A stretch of DNA of 248,000 bases, taken from assembly GCF_000737315.1 (NCBI RefSeq), contig NZ_JMCB01000006.1, positions 764,001 to 1,012,000 on the forward strand, in the 5' to 3' direction. This DNA is from Hyalangium minutum. Its GTDB lineage: Bacteria; Myxococcota; Myxococcia; Myxococcales; Myxococcaceae. How positions within the stretch are numbered: position 1 is the stretch's first letter; each line of letters starts with the position of its first letter. The position numbers and the translations under genes were made by a program. The notes beneath the pieces are model-generated. The model did not search any database and was not told the DNA's origin. It saw only the letters and a list, made by a program, of their open reading frames with translations. Shown here in pieces: positions 74,124 through 84,271 of this stretch.

Positions 74124-75779
74124 ATGAGCGAGGGAAGCTTTGCCGATGCCTCCACCATCGGCATCAAGAAGCGGAACAGCAGCGAGCCGGTGGCCCGGCT
74201 GGTTCCGGCGCTGACCCTCGTCTCCCACCCCATGGCCCACCGGGTGGGCGAGCGGCTGCTGATGGAGGGCGTGCTGTCGGGCCGGCCCGTGGAGCTGTCC
74301 CGGAATGCGCCGGACTTCCAGCGCCCGGACGCGGTGCTCGGCACGCCCCTGGCGGATCCGTTCCTGAGCCGCAAGCCGGTGGTGTTCTCGCAGGGCTCCG
74401 GGGGCGGCGTCCGGCTGGCGCCTGGGGATGGCATCAAGGTGGCGCTGGCGGGCGAGCCGCTGCGCGAGCCGTGGGAGTTCTCGCCCGAGGAGCTGTCGGT
74501 AGGCGTGGTGCTCGAGCTGGCCGAGCGCGTGGTGGTGCTGCTGCACTGGGCGGACCCTTCCACGCGCACGGCGGTGGATGCGCTGGGCATGGTGGGCACC
74601 AGCGCGGGCATCGAGCAGGTGCGCCACCACATTGAACAGGTGGCGGACCTGAACGTGCCGGTGCTCGTGCGCGGGGAGACGGGCTCGGGCAAGGAGCTGA
74701 TCGCCCGAGGCATCCACCAGCGCAGCCAGCGCCGCGACCAGGCCTTCGTGAGCGTGAACATGGGCGCCATTCCCAAGGAGCTGGCGCCCGCGGAGCTGTT
74801 CGGCGCGACGAAGGGCGCCTTCACGGGCTCGGTGAAGGACCGCGAGGGCTTCTTCGGGGCCGCGCATGACGGCTCGCTCTTCCTGGACGAGGTGGGCGAG
74901 GCGCCGCCCGAGGTGCAGGTCATGCTGCTCCGGGTGCTGGAGACGGGCGAAATCTTCCCAGTGGGCGAGCGCACGCCGGTGAAGGTGGACGTGCGGCTCA
75001 TCGCGGCGACGGACGCGCAGCTGGAGCAGCAAATCCAGGACGGGCGCTTCAAGGCGCCGCTGCTGCACCGCCTTGCGGGCTACGAGATTCGCGTGCCTCC
75101 ACTGCGGGAGCGGCGCGAGGACATTGGCCTGCTCTTCCACCACTTCGCGCGCGAGGAGCTGGAGGCCATTGGCGAGGCGTGGCGGCTGAAGCCGGAGGAC
75201 GCCTCCACCGAGCCCTGGCTGCCCGCGCCGCTGGCCTCGCGGCTGGTGCGCTTCGGGTGGCCCGGCAACATCCGCCAGCTTCGCAACATCACGCGCCAGC
75301 TCATCATCGGCAGCCGGGGGCACCCCCGGCTGCGGCTGGACCCCCGGCTGGAGAAGGAGCTGGATTCGTCCCTGCAGCCCCGGCCTGGGCGCCCTGTCGC
75401 GCCCGCGGCGCCAGACGTGCGAGTGGAGGCGAAGCCTCCCACCGCCGCCGCGAAGCCGCCGGCCGAGCCCAAGTCCTCCGCCGCCCGCCGCAAGGCCTCG
75501 GACATCTCCGAGACGGAGCTGCTCGCCGCGCTCCGGGGGTGCGCGTGGGATTTGAAGGCCGCCGCGGACCGGCTCGGCGTTCCCCGCTCCTCCATCTATG
75601 ACTTGATCGACAAGAGCCCCCACATCCGCACCGCCGGAGACTTGTCCGTGGAGGAAATCACCCGCTGCTTTCAGGAGTGCACGGGGGACCTGGACGCCAT
75701 GGCGCAGCGCCTCGAGGTCTCCAAGCGGGCCCTGGGCCGCCGCATCAAAGAGCTGGGGCTCGGCTCGGGCGAGAGCTGA
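74124..75779 (+). CDS. Sigma54-dependent activator with FHA-like N-terminus
   Basis: GETGSGKE, ELFG..KGAFTGS, LFLDE, WPGNIRQL, tandem HTH. Confidence 0.92.
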   Translation: MSEGSFADASTIGIKKRNSSEPVARLVPALTLVSHPMAHRVGERLLMEGVLSGRPVELSRNAPDFQRPDAVLGTPLADPFLSRKPVVFSQGSGGGVRLAPGDGIKVALAGEPLREPWEFSPEELSVGVVLELAERVVVLLHWADPSTRTAVDALGMVGTSAGIEQVRHHIEQVADLNVPVLVRGETGSGKELIARGIHQRSQRRDQAFVSVNMGAIPKELAPAELFGATKGAFTGSVKDREGFFGAAHDGSLFLDEVGEAPPEVQVMLLRVLETGEIFPVGERTPVKVDVRLIAATDAQLEQQIQDGRFKAPLLHRLAGYEIRVPPLRERREDIGLLFHHFAREELEAIGEAWRLKPEDASTEPWLPAPLASRLVRFGWPGNIRQLRNITRQLIIGSRGHPRLRLDPRLEKELDSSLQPRPGRPVAPAAPDVRVEAKPPTAAAKPPAEPKSSAARRKASDISETELLAALRGCAWDLKAAADRLGVPRSSIYDLIDKSPHIRTAGDLSVEEITRCFQECTGDLDAMAQRLEVSKRALGRRIKELGLGSGES

Positions 75780-75795
75780 TCCACCGGGTCGCCGC

Positions 75796-75843
75796 TGTGT
75801 CGGACGCCCGTCCGACGTGTCGGGCAGGCCGTCCGACGTGTCG
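75796..75843. promoter_or_regulatory. Putative enhancer: CCGTCCGACGTGTCG twice, 21 bp apart, plus an inverted half-copy
   Basis: Copies at 75808-75822 and 75829-75843; TGTCGGACG at 75798. Confidence 0.65.
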
Positions 75844-75925
75844 AACGGCGCGAGAAGGGCCCTGTTTTATACCAGACAACCCTGACAGAGCGGCAAAAAA
75901 GGCCGTACTTCCGGGTATTTGGGCG

Positions 75926-75941
75926 TGGCACCGCGATTGCT
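75926..75941 (+). promoter_or_regulatory. Sigma54 -24/-12 promoter
   Basis: TGGCAC-CGCGA-TTGCT, exact consensus. Confidence 0.85.
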
Positions 75942-75983
75942 GTAGCCTGCCGCACACAATCTCTAACGGCAGGGGGAAGCACC

Positions 75984-76100
75984 ATGGCGGACAAGAACGA
76001 CAACACGACGCAGACGGGTGACACGAGCGGCTCGGGCACCACCACCTCGAGTGCGGGTGGCACGAGCAAGGGCGGCGAGGTTCCTGTCGTTCCGGGCTAG
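75984..76100 (+). CDS. Unannotated 38 aa Ser/Thr/Gly-rich peptide
   Basis: GGGGAAG RBS, ATG..TAG; MADKNDNTTQTGDTSGSGTTTSSAGGTSKGGEVPVVPG. Confidence 0.7.
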   Translation: MADKNDNTTQTGDTSGSGTTTSSAGGTSKGGEVPVVPG

Positions 76101-76169
76101 GGCTTCCAGCGCCGGTTCACGCGGGAGGACTCGCGCGGCCGGCGCCTGCTGAAGGTTGCAGTCAGGCAG

Positions 76170-79100
76170 TCATTGGTTGGAAGCGTGCTCTGCACGCAGC
76201 CTCAGCGCCTCTGGGTGCTTGGGGCAGGACTTGAGCACTTCTTCCACCAAGGCGAGGCCGCGTTCCAGCTGGGGGGCTGGGACGCGGCCCGCTTTCTTTT
76301 CCGCCAAGGCCCACGCGAGGTGCAGTGAGGCGGACGCCAGGCGCGTGTCGTGCTGCGAGGGATCCAACTGCAGGGCCTGCTCGAAGTCCTTGGCCGCCTC
76401 CGCGAAGTCTTCCACTCGGGACTGAGCCTTTCGCGCCTTCCACTGCAACTGCAGCGCGTGGGTTTCTCCCAGGTAGCCCCAGGCCTCGGAGGCCCGGGGG
76501 TTGTGGCGCAGCGCCTCGCGCAGCTCCCTCTCGGAGCGCTGCAGGGTGGCGCTCGGGTCGCGGCCCCGCGCCAGCTCGTACTCCGCCAGCGTCCGCAGCG
76601 CCCTGCCCAGGTTCGTCCGGGGGAGGAAGTCACCCGGGGATTGCTGGAGCGCCTTCTCGAAGGAGGCCACCGCCTCGCGCACGTTGGGGGCAGGGTCCTC
76701 GCCGCGGGCGCCTCGGTACAGGGCGCGCAGGGCGTGCACCTGGCCCAGGTTGTTGTAGCTGTGGGCCTGCTTGCGGGCCAGCTCCAGGGCTCGCTCGAAG
76801 GCGGCCTGGGCCTCGTCGAGCAGCGGCAGCGGATCCCCTCCGTGCTTCAAGCGCTGCTCGGCCTGGTTGAGCAGCACCGTGCCCACGCCGGACTGCAGGT
76901 GCTGGCTGCGCCCGTTGACGGTGAGCCCCCGCTGATAGATTTCCAGCGCTTGCGCCAACAGGGTCTGCGAATCATCCAAGCACTGGTGCCGGTCCGCCAG
77001 CTGCTCCAGGGCGTCTCCGGCGTTGAAGTACGTGACCCAGTTCTTGGGGTTGAGCTCGATGGCCCGGCGGCTCGCCTCCCAGGATTGCTTGAGGTCCTCT
77101 TCGGGGCGTGAGGGCGTGCCCTGCGTGCCTTCGGGGCTGTCTGCGGGCTGCAAGGCCCGGTTGAGGTAGGCCCGGCCCAGGTTGGTCCACGCATCCGCCA
77201 GCCGCGGATCCAGCCGCGTGGCTTGCTGGAGCGCCTCGATGGCCTGGTTGCGGTGCGCGTCCGCGCGGATGCCGACGTCGTCCTCGCAGGCGCTCCAGAG
77301 CGAGAAGATGGAGCCCAGGATGGTGTGGAATTCGTAGTCACGGTCCGCCGGGGGGATGGCCTGTAGGGCCTGCTCGGCCTGGCGCAGCGACTCGAAGGGG
77401 TCCTGGCCGCGGTTGCGGCGGAAGCGCGCGAGCTGCTGGAAGGTGCGAGCCAGCTCCAGCTGCACCTCCCGGGCGGGGTGCCCCCGCTGGAGCGCCATGC
77501 GCGCCGCTTCCATGGCCGCGGTGAGGTTGGCCTCGGCGTCCTCGAAGCTGTTGTTCTGGCTCTCGGCGAGCCGGCGGTGGAAGCGCGCCTTCAGCATCAA
77601 CGGCATGGGCTCCTCCGGCGCGGCCTGGAGCGCGCGTGTGACGGCCGCCATGCCTCGGGTGAAGGCGGGGAGCACGTCGCCCTCGCTGTAGACTTCGACG
77701 ATCATCGCGTTGGCCTCGAGCTTGGCCAGGGCCTGGTGGACAGCGGGCACGCTCTCGCCAATGGCGGCGGCGGCGGCGTAGGCGCGGCGGCCCGCCTCGA
77801 AGTCGGCGCGAGCGCCCTCGAGGTCTCCCTGCTTCAGGTTCCAGCGCCGCATGGCCCGGGCCTGGAGGATGTCGCCGCGCAGCTGGGGCGCCTCGTAGAA
77901 CCAGGGCAGGCGGTTGCCCATGGCGTCCAGCCGCGCCAGGGCGGCGTCGAAGTCGTCCTCATAGAAAGCAATGAGGGCGGCCACGTATTCGGAAGAGGGC
78001 ACATCCGCGCCCTGGCTGCGGCGCAGCCAGTCCAGCGCTGGGTCCCGGTAGCGGGCCTGGATGTCGCGCCGGCGCTCTTCGATGCTGCGCAGGCGCTCGG
78101 CCTCCAGCAGCTCGTCCTGGTAGCGGCGGCCGAGCACGATCGCGAGCGCGTAGGCCACGCGCGGATCCTTGAAGCCGCTCTGCCACGCAAGCTCCAGGTG
78201 CGTGCGCGCGGCGTCCTCGTCTCCGAGCGCCAGAGCGCCGCGCGCCAGGGCGTAGTGGCCCGGGCCCACTGCCAGCGCTCCGGCCTCGCGGATCTGCCCC
78301 TCCAGCTCGGCCATGCGGTCGCGGATCTTCTGGCGGTCCTCGCGCGTGTCGTGGAGCGGAGACAGGCCCGAGTAGCGGGCCAGGGCTTCAATGTGTTCGA
78401 CTTTCTCGGTGAAGCTGCGGGCGAGCTGCTCGCGGCGGGTGGCCTGCGAGTGGGTGTAGAGGGCCGAGCCCAGCGCGAGCGTGACGGCCAGCAGGGCGGC
78501 GGCGGCCACGCTCACCACGAGCCGGTGCTTGAGCGCCTTCTTGCGCAGCCGGTACCAGAGGCCGGTGGAGCGGGCCTGCACGGGCTCGCCGGCGAGGAAG
78601 CGGTCCAGGTCCTCAATGAGCGCGCGCGCCGAGTCGTAGCGGGCGGAGCGGTCCTTCTCCAGACACTTGAGGACGATGGCCTCGAGGTCCGTGGGGACGT
78701 TGGGGTTCAGGGTGCGCGGAGGGGTGGGCTCCACGGTGGCGATGTTGTTGAGCACCTCGAGCCCATTGGCGCCGGGGATGGCCTGGTGGCCGGTGAGCAG
78801 GAAGTAGAGCGTGGCGCCGAGGCTGTAGACGTCCGCGCGTCGATCCAAGCCCTCCACCTGGCCGCGGGCCTGCTCGGGGGCCATGTAGTGCGGCGTTCCC
78901 ACCGCGGAGCCCGAGCTGATGCTCTCCTTCTCGCTCCAGTCATGTGCGAGACCGAAGTCCATGACGAAGGGCTTGAGGCGCCCATCGTCCGTGCGCTCCA
79001 CGAGGATGTTGGAGGGCTTCAAGTCCCGGTGGATGAGGCCGGCGCGGTGGGCGGCGTGGACGCCCTCGGAGGCCTCGCGCAGCACGAGCACCTGCTGCTC

Positions 79101-79682
79101 CACGGTGAGCTTGAGCTCGCTGGCGAGCCGGTCCAGGGGGAGCCCGTCCACGAACTGCATGGCGATGTAGGGCTTGCCTTGAACCTCGCCCACCTCGTGG
79201 ACCTGGCAGACGCGCTCGTGCTCCACGCGGGCCTGGGCGCGGGCCTCGGACATGAGGCGGCGCACGAGCACCTCGTCATCGCCGCGCACGAACTTGAGGG
79301 CGACGTTGCGGCGCAGGCTCCGGTCATACGCGAGGAAGACGCGGCCCATGCCGCCCTGGCCGAGGAAGCGCACGCCCTCGTAGCGCTCCCAGCCGGGGAC
79401 GGGGAACTGCGGGTCGGCCTTGTCGCGATCCGCCAGCGTGAGGGCGGGGCCCAGCGTCTCGGCGCCGCCGGTGCCCGCCGCGCGGGGGACAAAGGTCTCG
79501 TCTACGTCTGCCTTGCGCAGCTCGGCGAGGGACTCATCCGAGAGGAGGCCGCGCGCCTGGAGGAGGGCGAGGGGGCCCTTGCCGGAGCGGAGGGACTCCT
79601 CGCGCAGCGGCTCCACCTCCTCGCGCGTGATGAGGCCCTCGGCCAGGGCCATGCGCAGCTCGGCCTCAAGGTCATCGTGCAT
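76170..79682 (-). CDS. Ser/Thr kinase with TM helix and long TPR region
   Basis: LGQGGMGRV, HRDLKPSN, DFGLA, GTPHYMAPE. Confidence 0.92.
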   Translation of the reverse strand: MHDDLEAELRMALAEGLITREEVEPLREESLRSGKGPLALLQARGLLSDESLAELRKADVDETFVPRAAGTGGAETLGPALTLADRDKADPQFPVPGWERYEGVRFLGQGGMGRVFLAYDRSLRRNVALKFVRGDDEVLVRRLMSEARAQARVEHERVCQVHEVGEVQGKPYIAMQFVDGLPLDRLASELKLTVEQQVLVLREASEGVHAAHRAGLIHRDLKPSNILVERTDDGRLKPFVMDFGLAHDWSEKESISSGSAVGTPHYMAPEQARGQVEGLDRRADVYSLGATLYFLLTGHQAIPGANGLEVLNNIATVEPTPPRTLNPNVPTDLEAIVLKCLEKDRSARYDSARALIEDLDRFLAGEPVQARSTGLWYRLRKKALKHRLVVSVAAAALLAVTLALGSALYTHSQATRREQLARSFTEKVEHIEALARYSGLSPLHDTREDRQKIRDRMAELEGQIREAGALAVGPGHYALARGALALGDEDAARTHLELAWQSGFKDPRVAYALAIVLGRRYQDELLEAERLRSIEERRRDIQARYRDPALDWLRRSQGADVPSSEYVAALIAFYEDDFDAALARLDAMGNRLPWFYEAPQLRGDILQARAMRRWNLKQGDLEGARADFEAGRRAYAAAAAIGESVPAVHQALAKLEANAMIVEVYSEGDVLPAFTRGMAAVTRALQAAPEEPMPLMLKARFHRRLAESQNNSFEDAEANLTAAMEAARMALQRGHPAREVQLELARTFQQLARFRRNRGQDPFESLRQAEQALQAIPPADRDYEFHTILGSIFSLWSACEDDVGIRADAHRNQAIEALQQATRLDPRLADAWTNLGRAYLNRALQPADSPEGTQGTPSRPEEDLKQSWEASRRAIELNPKNWVTYFNAGDALEQLADRHQCLDDSQTLLAQALEIYQRGLTVNGRSQHLQSGVGTVLLNQAEQRLKHGGDPLPLLDEAQAAFERALELARKQAHSYNNLGQVHALRALYRGARGEDPAPNVREAVASFEKALQQSPGDFLPRTNLGRALRTLAEYELARGRDPSATLQRSERELREALRHNPRASEAWGYLGETHALQLQWKARKAQSRVEDFAEAAKDFEQALQLDPSQHDTRLASASLHLAWALAEKKAGRVPAPQLERGLALVEEVLKSCPKHPEALRLRAEHASNQ

Positions 79683-79801
79683 CAGGGCGGGCTCCGAGGG
79701 TGGGCTCGGGGAGGGGGGCGCGAGAGGGGACACACGCCCAGCCAGGTCGGCGGGGCAGGGCGTGAGCTATTGTAGATTCACCCGAGGCGCAAGCGGGAGG
79801 G

Positions 79802-80884
79802 TCATACCCTCGAGGCCTGGATGCGCACGGGGATGCGCCGGCGTCCGAACGCGCCCGGAGCCGTGTCGAAGCGGCCGGGCACCCGAGCCCCGCAGTCCGG
79901 GCACTTGCCATCGGCCGTCACCCGGTACTCGAGAAGCTGGTACCAGTCGCGGACGATGAGCGAGGCCCCGCAGCCGCCGCACGAGGTGGTGTCCCCTTCG
80001 ATGTCATGCACGTTGCCGGTGTAGACGTGGTGCAGCCCTGCCCGCTTGGCAATCTGCCGGGCGCGCGTCAGGGTCGCGGGCGGAGTGGGGGGCACATCCA
80101 TCATCTTGAAGTCCGGGTGGAAGGCCGAGAAGTGCACTGGCACGTCCGGACCCAGCTTGGAGACGACCCACTCGGACAGCTGCGACAGCTCCGCGTCCGA
80201 GTCGTTCTGACCCGGGATGAGCAGCGTCGTGATTTCGAACCACACGCGCGTCTCGTGCTTCAAGTACTCCAGCGTCTCCAGGATGGGCTGCAGCTTGGAG
80301 AAGGTAACGCGGTGGTAGAAGTCCTCCGTGAAGGCCTTCAGGTCCACGTTGGCCGCGTCCATCTTCGCGTAGAAGTCACGCCGGGGCTCGGCGTGCATGT
80401 AGCCCGCAGTCACTGCCACGGTCTGGATACCCCGCGCGTGGCAGGCGTCCGCCACGTCCATGGCGTACTCGGCGAAGATGACCGGGTCGTTGTAGGTGAA
80501 CGCCACGCTCTTGCAGCCCAGGCGCTGGGCCTCTTGGGCGATGGCCTCGGGCGAGGCCTGATCCATGAGCCGGTCCTGCTCGCGGGACTTGGAGATGTCC
80601 CAGTTTTGGCAGAAGCGGCATCCCAGGTTGCACCCCGCCGTGCCGAACGAGAGCACGCTGCTGCCTGGGTAGAAGTGGTTGAGCGGCTTCTTCTCGATGG
80701 GGTCCACGCAGAACCCGGACGAGCGCCCATACGTGGTGAGCACCATCTGGTCCCCCGCCCGCTGGCGCACGAAGCAGAAGCCCCGCTGGCCCTCGTTCAG
80801 CTTGCAGTCGCGAGGACACAGGTCGCACTGGATGCGCCCGTCCTCGAGCCGGTGCCACCACCGTCCTGGATATTCGAGGCTCAT
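79802..80884 (-). CDS. AmmeMemoRadiSam system radical SAM enzyme
   Basis: CDLCPRDC, DPIEKKPLNHF, CNLGCRFC. Confidence 0.9.
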   Translation of the reverse strand: MSLEYPGRWWHRLEDGRIQCDLCPRDCKLNEGQRGFCFVRQRAGDQMVLTTYGRSSGFCVDPIEKKPLNHFYPGSSVLSFGTAGCNLGCRFCQNWDISKSREQDRLMDQASPEAIAQEAQRLGCKSVAFTYNDPVIFAEYAMDVADACHARGIQTVAVTAGYMHAEPRRDFYAKMDAANVDLKAFTEDFYHRVTFSKLQPILETLEYLKHETRVWFEITTLLIPGQNDSDAELSQLSEWVVSKLGPDVPVHFSAFHPDFKMMDVPPTPPATLTRARQIAKRAGLHHVYTGNVHDIEGDTTSCGGCGASLIVRDWYQLLEYRVTADGKCPDCGARVPGRFDTAPGAFGRRRIPVRIQASRV

Positions 80885-81009
80885 GATCGGCTCGTTCCCC
80901 CCCAAACCCAATCCATATCGGAGCCTGGACCCTGGCGCACGGGCTTGGCGGGTCCCCTGCGCACGGGCCGTGCCTCCGGCTGGACCCCCGGGGAGCGTAG
81001 ACTGCGCGC

Positions 81010-82272
81010 ATGTCCAAGACCGACACGCGCTCCGCCGACCCGTGCCCGCACCTGGGCCGCGAGTACAACCACTTCGCCGGTCCCCACCTCCAGAACCCAG
81101 CACCGTTCTTCGAGCGGCTCCGGAAGGAGGCGCCCGTCACCTTCAACCCCATGCTGGGCATGTGGCTGATCAGCCGCTACGACGACATCGCCGCGGTGCT
81201 GAACAACGCCTCCGCCTACTCCTCGGCGAGCGCGGTCGCCTCCACGGAGAAGCTGACACCCGAGGCCCAGGCCATCCTCGGGCCCGGCCCCATCATCCAC
81301 GACAGCCCACTCAACATGGATCCGCCGGCCCACACCCGGCTCAAGCGCCTGCTGCAGCGCGGGTTCACGCCCGCGAAGATCGCCCGCCTGGAGCCGCGCA
81401 TCCGGCAGTTCGCCAACGCGCTCATCGACAGCTTCATCCACGAGGGCCGGGTCAACCTCGTGGAGCGCTTCGCCTCGCCGCTGCCGGTGCAGGTCATCCT
81501 GAGCATGGTGGGCGTGCCGCAGGAGGACATGGAGCGAGTGAAGAACTGGTCCACCGCGCTGTTCGGGCTCGTGTTCGCCCAGATTCCTCCCGAGCTGCAG
81601 CCCACCCTGGCGCGCGGCGTGGTCGAGTACCGGCACTACTGCACCCAGCTCATCGAACAGCGGCGGCGCCAGCCCCAGGAGGACCTCACGAGCGACCTCA
81701 TCGCCGCCGAGCCCGATGGTGAGGCGCTGACGATGGACGAGCTCATCTCGCTCATCGGCGGCTCGCTGCTCGCGGCAGGCCATGAGACGACGACGGCGCA
81801 GATTGCGTTGTCCGTGAAGAACCTGCTGGAGCAGCCGGAGCGCTGGCAGAGGCTGCGCGAGGACCGCTCGCTCATCCCCAAGGCCGTGGAGGAGTGCATG
81901 AGGCTGGAGGGCGTGGCACCCGGCATGACGCGCACGGCCCTCCAGGACGTGGTGGTGGGCGGGGTGTCCTTGCCCAAGGGCTCGCGCCTGCTGCTGCTCT
82001 ACGGCTCCGCCAACCACGACGAGGCGCACTACCCGGATCCGGAGCGCTTCGACCTGGAGCGCGAGGGCCCGCAGCACCTCACCTTCGGCCGCGGCATCCA
82101 CTTCTGTCTGGGCGCGCAGCTGGCCCGGCTGGAGCTTCGCGTCGCGCTCGAGCAGCTCCTGGAGCGCATCCCCGAGCTGCGCCTCGTCCCGGGCCAGGAC
82201 TCCGGGTACCAGCAGGACCTGCTGATCCTCCGAGCCATCCGCCAGCTCCAGGTGGAGTGGCCCGTCCGCTGA
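81010..82272 (+). CDS. Cytochrome P450
   Basis: AGHETT, EECMR, FGRGIHFCLG. Confidence 0.95.
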   Translation: MSKTDTRSADPCPHLGREYNHFAGPHLQNPAPFFERLRKEAPVTFNPMLGMWLISRYDDIAAVLNNASAYSSASAVASTEKLTPEAQAILGPGPIIHDSPLNMDPPAHTRLKRLLQRGFTPAKIARLEPRIRQFANALIDSFIHEGRVNLVERFASPLPVQVILSMVGVPQEDMERVKNWSTALFGLVFAQIPPELQPTLARGVVEYRHYCTQLIEQRRRQPQEDLTSDLIAAEPDGEALTMDELISLIGGSLLAAGHETTTAQIALSVKNLLEQPERWQRLREDRSLIPKAVEECMRLEGVAPGMTRTALQDVVVGGVSLPKGSRLLLLYGSANHDEAHYPDPERFDLEREGPQHLTFGRGIHFCLGAQLARLELRVALEQLLERIPELRLVPGQDSGYQQDLLILRAIRQLQVEWPVR

Positions 82273-82287
82273 GCCCTCGCCCGAGGT

Positions 82288-82929
82288 TCAGGCGCCGTAC
82301 GAGGGGAGGAGCAGATCCCGCCGCCACTCGCTGAGCCGGTAGTACTCTTCCTCGGGCCACGTGCCCAGGTGCACCATGACGATGCCTCCGTCCGAGGCCG
82401 TCAGGCTCGCATCCACGTGGACGCTCGGCTCCACCACGGTGTCCGGCGGATCCACGTAGCCCTCCTGGTGCTCCAGCTCCAGGGAGGTGAGCCGCGCGCC
82501 TGGGAACTCGGCGAGGCAGGCCCCGAGGAACTCGTGCGGGGCACGGTACGGCGGCGGCGCGCCGATGTGCATGCCCCACGGATCCATCAGGCGCAGCTGC
82601 GTGGTGGTGCGCACCCAGGCCAGCGTGGCTCGCTCGTGCATGGCGCCCACGTGATCCACCGCCTGGGCATGGCGCATGCCGTCCTGGCCGCGCATGTGCA
82701 GGGTGTAGTGAGGGCGATCTCCCGGCCACCACCAGCTCAGCTCGAAGCGATCGCCCGGCCCTGACTCGTCGGGAGGAAAGAGCGCCTCCAGGTGCAGCAG
82801 GAATTGCTCCTCGGAGAGGCTCAGCCGGTGCTCGCGCAGGGAGTGCCAGTCCGTGCGGGCGAAATGAACCACCCGTGCGCGGTAGGCACGCGGGTCCAGA
82901 CTCAGAAGGTCTACCCAGTCGTCACTCAT
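82288..82929 (-). CDS. Hypothetical protein
   Basis: GAAGGAG RBS, 213 aa. Confidence 0.55.
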   Translation of the reverse strand: MSDDWVDLLSLDPRAYRARVVHFARTDWHSLREHRLSLSEEQFLLHLEALFPPDESGPGDRFELSWWWPGDRPHYTLHMRGQDGMRHAQAVDHVGAMHERATLAWVRTTTQLRLMDPWGMHIGAPPPYRAPHEFLGACLAEFPGARLTSLELEHQEGYVDPPDTVVEPSVHVDASLTASDGGIVMVHLGTWPEEEYYRLSEWRRDLLLPSYGA

Positions 82930-83160
82930 CGGGCATCCCCAGCCTACTCCTTCAGCCTGAAGAAGTGTTCGCCTGAAGAAGGGCGCCTCGGAAACGGCCC
83001 CTGACAAAGGCTGACCAGCAGGGGGGGACGAAAGGCGAAGGAAGGCACGTCCTGGAGGCTCGTCGAGGAGGCGGGCAGCCGAGCCGTCGGTGAGGGCCAC
83101 ACTGTTTCCGGCTGCGCTCGCGCCCCATCCTGGTGTGTGGACGAGCCAGGTGGAGGCGGA

Positions 83161-84156
83161 ATGGGGCGCGAGGAGCTGCGGGGCAAGGTCGCCATCGTCA
83201 CGGGGGCTTCCAGCGGTGTGGGCTGGCAGAGCGCGGTGCGCTTGGCGGAGCAGGGCGTGCGGCTGTGCGTCACCGCCCGGCGTCTCGAGGCGCTCGAGAA
83301 CCTTCAGGCCCAGGTGCTGCGACAGGGCGGCGAGTGCCTGGTGGCGCCGGGAGACGTGACGGTGCAGCAGGACGTGGACCGCGTGGTGCGCGCCTGCATC
83401 GAGTTCTACGGCCGGGTGGATCTGCTGGTGAACGTGGCGGCGGTGCAGTCGTACGGGTTCTTCGATGACCTGCCGTGGGAGCACCTGGAGCGCACCTTTG
83501 ACGTGAATTGCTTCGGGTACATGCGCTTCGCGCGTGCGGTGCTGCCGCACTTCCGAGCCCAGCGCAGCGGCCACGTCCTCAATGTCCAGTCCATGCTCTC
83601 CAAGGGCGGCGCGCCGCTGCTGGCCTCGTACGCGGCGTCCAAGCACGCCACGCTCGGCTGGGCGGAGTGCCTGGAGCTGGAGCTGCGCGGCACGGGCATC
83701 CACGTCTCCAATGTGCTGGTGCCCTCGGTGGCCACGCCGATGTTCGATCACGCGCCCACCCAGTTCCACCTGGCGCCGATGCCGGTGCCGCCCACCTATG
83801 AGCCAGACGTGGCGGCGCGCGCGGTGGTGAGGTGCGCCCGGCGGCCGGGGCGGACCGTGGTGCCCGTGTTCCTCCAGGGCAGGCTCATCCTCTGGATGGA
83901 CCGGTGGGTGCCGCGGGTGGGCAAGTGGCTGCTAGGAAACTTCGGCGTGCGGATGCAGATGCGCGAGAAGCCCGTGGAGCGGACCGAGGGCAACCTCTTC
84001 CACCCGGTGCGGCAGGGCGTGGGGCCTCACGGCAGCGTGCCGCCCACGCCTCGGTGGAAGCGCTTCACGGCCACCGCGGGCCTTGTGGCGCTGGCCGGTG
84101 GAGCGCTCAGCGGCGTGGCGCTCGGGGCCCGAGGGCTGGCGCGGGCCGTGCGGTGA
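83161..84156 (+). CDS. Short-chain dehydrogenase/reductase
   Basis: TGASSGVG, YAASK. Confidence 0.9.
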   Translation: MGREELRGKVAIVTGASSGVGWQSAVRLAEQGVRLCVTARRLEALENLQAQVLRQGGECLVAPGDVTVQQDVDRVVRACIEFYGRVDLLVNVAAVQSYGFFDDLPWEHLERTFDVNCFGYMRFARAVLPHFRAQRSGHVLNVQSMLSKGGAPLLASYAASKHATLGWAECLELELRGTGIHVSNVLVPSVATPMFDHAPTQFHLAPMPVPPTYEPDVAARAVVRCARRPGRTVVPVFLQGRLILWMDRWVPRVGKWLLGNFGVRMQMREKPVERTEGNLFHPVRQGVGPHGSVPPTPRWKRFTATAGLVALAGGALSGVALGARGLARAVR

Positions 84157-84271
84157 GAACCTGAGAGGTCGCAGGGGGGCGGAGTGCTCAGGAGGGTTGA
84201 GTCTCCTCCGCAGATGCGCGAGAAGTCTGCTGTCGGGGCGTGACCCCTGAACGAGCAGGACCTCGGCCTCC

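Noticed and set aside
79802-82272. Radical SAM and P450 as modifying enzymes for the 38 aa peptide
   Set aside because: The radical SAM is the widespread AmmeMemoRadiSam type and the P450 is divergent; nothing links them to the peptide beyond proximity.
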